Assembly: GCA_016618085.1 (NCBI GenBank) | Contig: JABLTG010000128.1 | Location: forward strand, 1 to 61,363 | Length of the DNA: 61,363 nt | From: Neovahlkampfia damariscottae | Taxonomy: Eukaryota | Reading direction: 5' to 3' | Notes under the pieces: generated by a model | Seen by the model: the letters and a program-made list of their open reading frames with translations, nothing else | Told to the model about the DNA's origin: nothing | Database searches by the model: none | Position numbers and translations under genes: made by a program | In this document: positions 59,291 to 61,363 of the stretch, in pieces | Numbering within the stretch: position 1 is the stretch's first letter | Layout: each line of letters opens with the position of its first letter

Positions 59291-60640
59291 TTAAGAACTA
59301 TCAATTAAACCATGTAATTGCATATCAAATTGTAAAGCCATTACTCGCTCGGCTAGTTGTTCTAATGTAATTGTTGCAGTATTATAATTTGTAGCCCTGT
59401 TTGCTGTTCTAGTCCAAGAACTATATCCTGTTTTTCTTGCTCCAACAACTTGCAACCCTGAAATTCCAAGAACACCACCGCTAGTTATACTGACAGTATT
59501 AGTGAATGTTGTTACTCCAGTAGATGCAGTTAAAACAAATGTTCCATTATCTCCAATATCTGGTATTGTGTATGTTCTACTTGTTGATGGTGCTGGGCTT
59601 GTAATCGTGACTGTATTTGTAGTTCCTAATGTTATTTGATTGGTTGTATTTGTTATAATTGCATTAGTTTGGCTAACATTTCCAGTTGAAAAAATATTTC
59701 CTTTGACATATATTTTAGAACCAGTATTTAAAGCTGTTATAGGATTAACATCACCATAAACCGTTTGCGCTACTGAAACATCTACAGGTTGAATATAGAG
59801 CTGTGTCCATAAGGTAGCCGCTTTGTTGTTACTGCCACAGGTGCTTACAATATGGCCGGATGTTGTCGTTGTATGTCCCATTATACAACAAGGGTCACCA
59901 TCAACAGCTGTATCAAAAAGTGTCTTAATCGACCAATTGTATAATAAATTATCTTTTTTGCCATAAAATTCTGCTCCATTATTCACCACACTTTGAAATA
60001 ATAATTTGCCTGTTCCTTGGACATCCAGAGATAAGTTATCGTTTTCTTCCACACTAGTTACGGTATTAGTATTTATTCCATTTGTGAATGTTTTAACTCC
60101 ATTTACTGTTTGTGTTCCTTCACTCATAACAAAATTACTATCTGCATCTACATTTAATGTATAAGTTCTATTTGTTGATGTATCATTTACATTTATTGTT
60201 TGACTGAAATTTGTATTACTAACTTTAATTTGATTTGTTGGTTCATTAATTTCAACTTCTTTATTGGCTTTTACTCTATCAACTTCAATTTTATATTCTG
60301 TTGCTGAACCATCGCGATATAATATTGGTTGACTTCCAATAAAATAACCTCTATTATTTGGGTCATCATGTGGAATATTCATATTTCCATTTAATGTAAT
60401 TGCACTTGTTGTTATAGAATTAACACCAGTCATATTATTACTGTCATCTATTGATATACCTGATTTTTGCACTCCTCTACTTCCTCCGTCACCTCTTACA
60501 ATTGTATTATCTGTAATTGTATTTGTTGATGACACAGCTGTTGGACTAATTACTGATGTCGTTGTTAAATTAGTTATAGTTGCATTTTCACAACTGAAAT
60601 CTGGTAAATTGTTTATGTTTCCTATTGATTTGTTAAACAT
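59291..60640 (-). CDS. Putative virion fibre/spike protein
   Basis: 449 aa, T/N/S/G-rich, with a duplicated TNQI...RTYT...FV...TFTN module and a tailspike-like C-terminus. Lies directly upstream of mCP. Confidence 0.75.
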   Translation of the reverse strand: MFNKSIGNINNLPDFSCENATITNLTTTSVISPTAVSSTNTITDNTIVRGDGGSRGVQKSGISIDDSNNMTGVNSITTSAITLNGNMNIPHDDPNNRGYFIGSQPILYRDGSATEYKIEVDRVKANKEVEINEPTNQIKVSNTNFSQTINVNDTSTNRTYTLNVDADSNFVMSEGTQTVNGVKTFTNGINTNTVTSVEENDNLSLDVQGTGKLLFQSVVNNGAEFYGKKDNLLYNWSIKTLFDTAVDGDPCCIMGHTTTTSGHIVSTCGSNNKAATLWTQLYIQPVDVSVAQTVYGDVNPITALNTGSKIYVKGNIFSTGNVSQTNAIITNTTNQITLGTTNTVTITSPAPSTSRTYTIPDIGDNGTFVLTASTGVTTFTNTVSITSGGVLGISGLQVVGARKTGYSSWTRTANRATNYNTATITLEQLAERVMALQFDMQLHGLIDSS

Positions 60641-60685
60641 TATATAATATTCAATACGAAATTAATTTGTGATTGTATAATATAT

Positions 60686-61003
60686 ATGTCTATATTTGAT
60701 AGTCTTTCACAATTCGGTAGTGTAATTTCAAACAGAATAAATGATGCATTTGACCCACAAAATCATCGTTTTCTTGATGGTAATTTTGATGATTTTCAAC
60801 TTGGCTTTCAAAGAGTTGGTGGTTTAATCCCAAATGTAATTTCAAACAATATACAAACCATTACAAAAGGAGTCGGTCAGGGAGCAAATAATATATTAAG
60901 TCCGTTATCTTACAACCCCTCATTTTATCTAATTGCAGGTGGTTCAATTCTTGCTCTTTTAATTATTGGTTATTCTGTCGTGAAAATAGGCAAATACATT
61001 TAA
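60686..61003 (+). CDS. Small viral protein with C-terminal transmembrane helix
   Basis: 105 aa with FYLIAGGSILALLIIGYSVVKI; TATAATATATATG start context. Confidence 0.7.
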   Translation: MSIFDSLSQFGSVISNRINDAFDPQNHRFLDGNFDDFQLGFQRVGGLIPNVISNNIQTITKGVGQGANNILSPLSYNPSFYLIAGGSILALLIIGYSVVKIGKYI

Positions 61004-61015
61004 ACTTCATTTTTG

Positions 61016-61195
61016 TTAGATATGAATTTTTGTTTTTAGGTCATTAATTTCATCATGCAATGATTGTAAATATTTACGATAACAAATTAATTGTTGTGAT
61101 TCTGTATTGTGAGTTTCATTACACAAAGAACATTTTTTCACATAAATTATATGTTCTTTTTTACACCATTCACAATAATAATATTCGTCAAACAT
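61016..61195 (-). CDS. Small viral Cys/His (Zn-ribbon-like) protein
   Basis: MFDEYYYCEWCKKEH...CSLCNETH...C followed by a short coiled coil. Confidence 0.55.
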   Translation of the reverse strand: MFDEYYYCEWCKKEHIIYVKKCSLCNETHNTESQQLICYRKYLQSLHDEINDLKTKIHI

Positions 61196-61232
61196 TGATA
61201 TAATTATTTTAAATAAAATAAATTCAAAATAA

Positions 61233-61363
61233 TTAATTATAATATATTTCTTCAATTTGTTCAATAAAAAAGTTCAAATATTTTTTCAATTTAATTTTTT
61301 CATCATTTGTAAATTCTTTTAAATTAATTTTATATTCATCTGAAATATTAAACATTACCATTT
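61233..61363 (-). CDS. 3' end of a viral ORF entering from the right edge
   Basis: Open frame ...NISDEYKINLKEFTNDEKIKLKKYLNFFIEQIEEIYYN*. Confidence 0.4.
   Translation of the reverse strand, partial: MVMFNISDEYKINLKEFTNDEKIKLKKYLNFFIEQIEEIYYN

Larger units (their letters stand above)
54657..61363. mobile_element. Endogenous Polinton/Maverick-like virus, left part (continues beyond the window)
   Basis: Begins with AGTAGTAGT. Intronless cluster of packaging ATPase, MCP, minor capsid and fibre genes; start context differs from host genes. Confidence 0.88.

Noticed and set aside
54657..61363. Bacterial prophage or contaminant
   Set aside because: The ATPase and capsid patterns are of the A32/jelly-roll type, there are no terminase or portal genes or Shine-Dalgarno sites, and only the fibre has phage-like segments.

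Overview
An AT-rich, very gene-dense eukaryotic chromosome segment. The actin N-terminus ([16 protein letters not shown]...[13 protein letters not shown]) resembles Naegleria-type actin, so a heterolobosean protist is a reasonable inference. Positions 1-54,250 hold about 37 host genes in the standard code, interrupted by tiny (mostly about 30-50 nt) A/T-rich GT-AG introns. Most start codons have a CCAAT motif close upstream. Recognisable genes include actin, CCDC93, CDK5RAP3, OSBP, LSM14, PKA-C, a RhoGEF, a ZIP transporter, MLH3, CPSF2, UBE2J, P5CS, MCM3, GluRS, phytochelatin synthase and GEX1, followed by a solo 5S rRNA gene. About 400 bp downstream of the 5S gene, an AGTAGTAGT motif at 54,657 probably marks the start of an intron-free endogenous Polinton/Maverick-like virus that runs off the right edge. 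It encodes an A32-type packaging ATPase, major and minor capsid proteins, a fibre with phage-tailspike-like segments and small membrane or Zn-binding proteins, has its own TATA(A/T)ATG start context, and carries several frameshifts. Other highlights are a single-chain K+ channel with four pore loops, a 295-bp TIR element (MITE) with a second partial copy, 9-19 nt micro-exons, and a tandem pair of PepSY-TM-like genes. All calls come from motif reading only; no searches were run.
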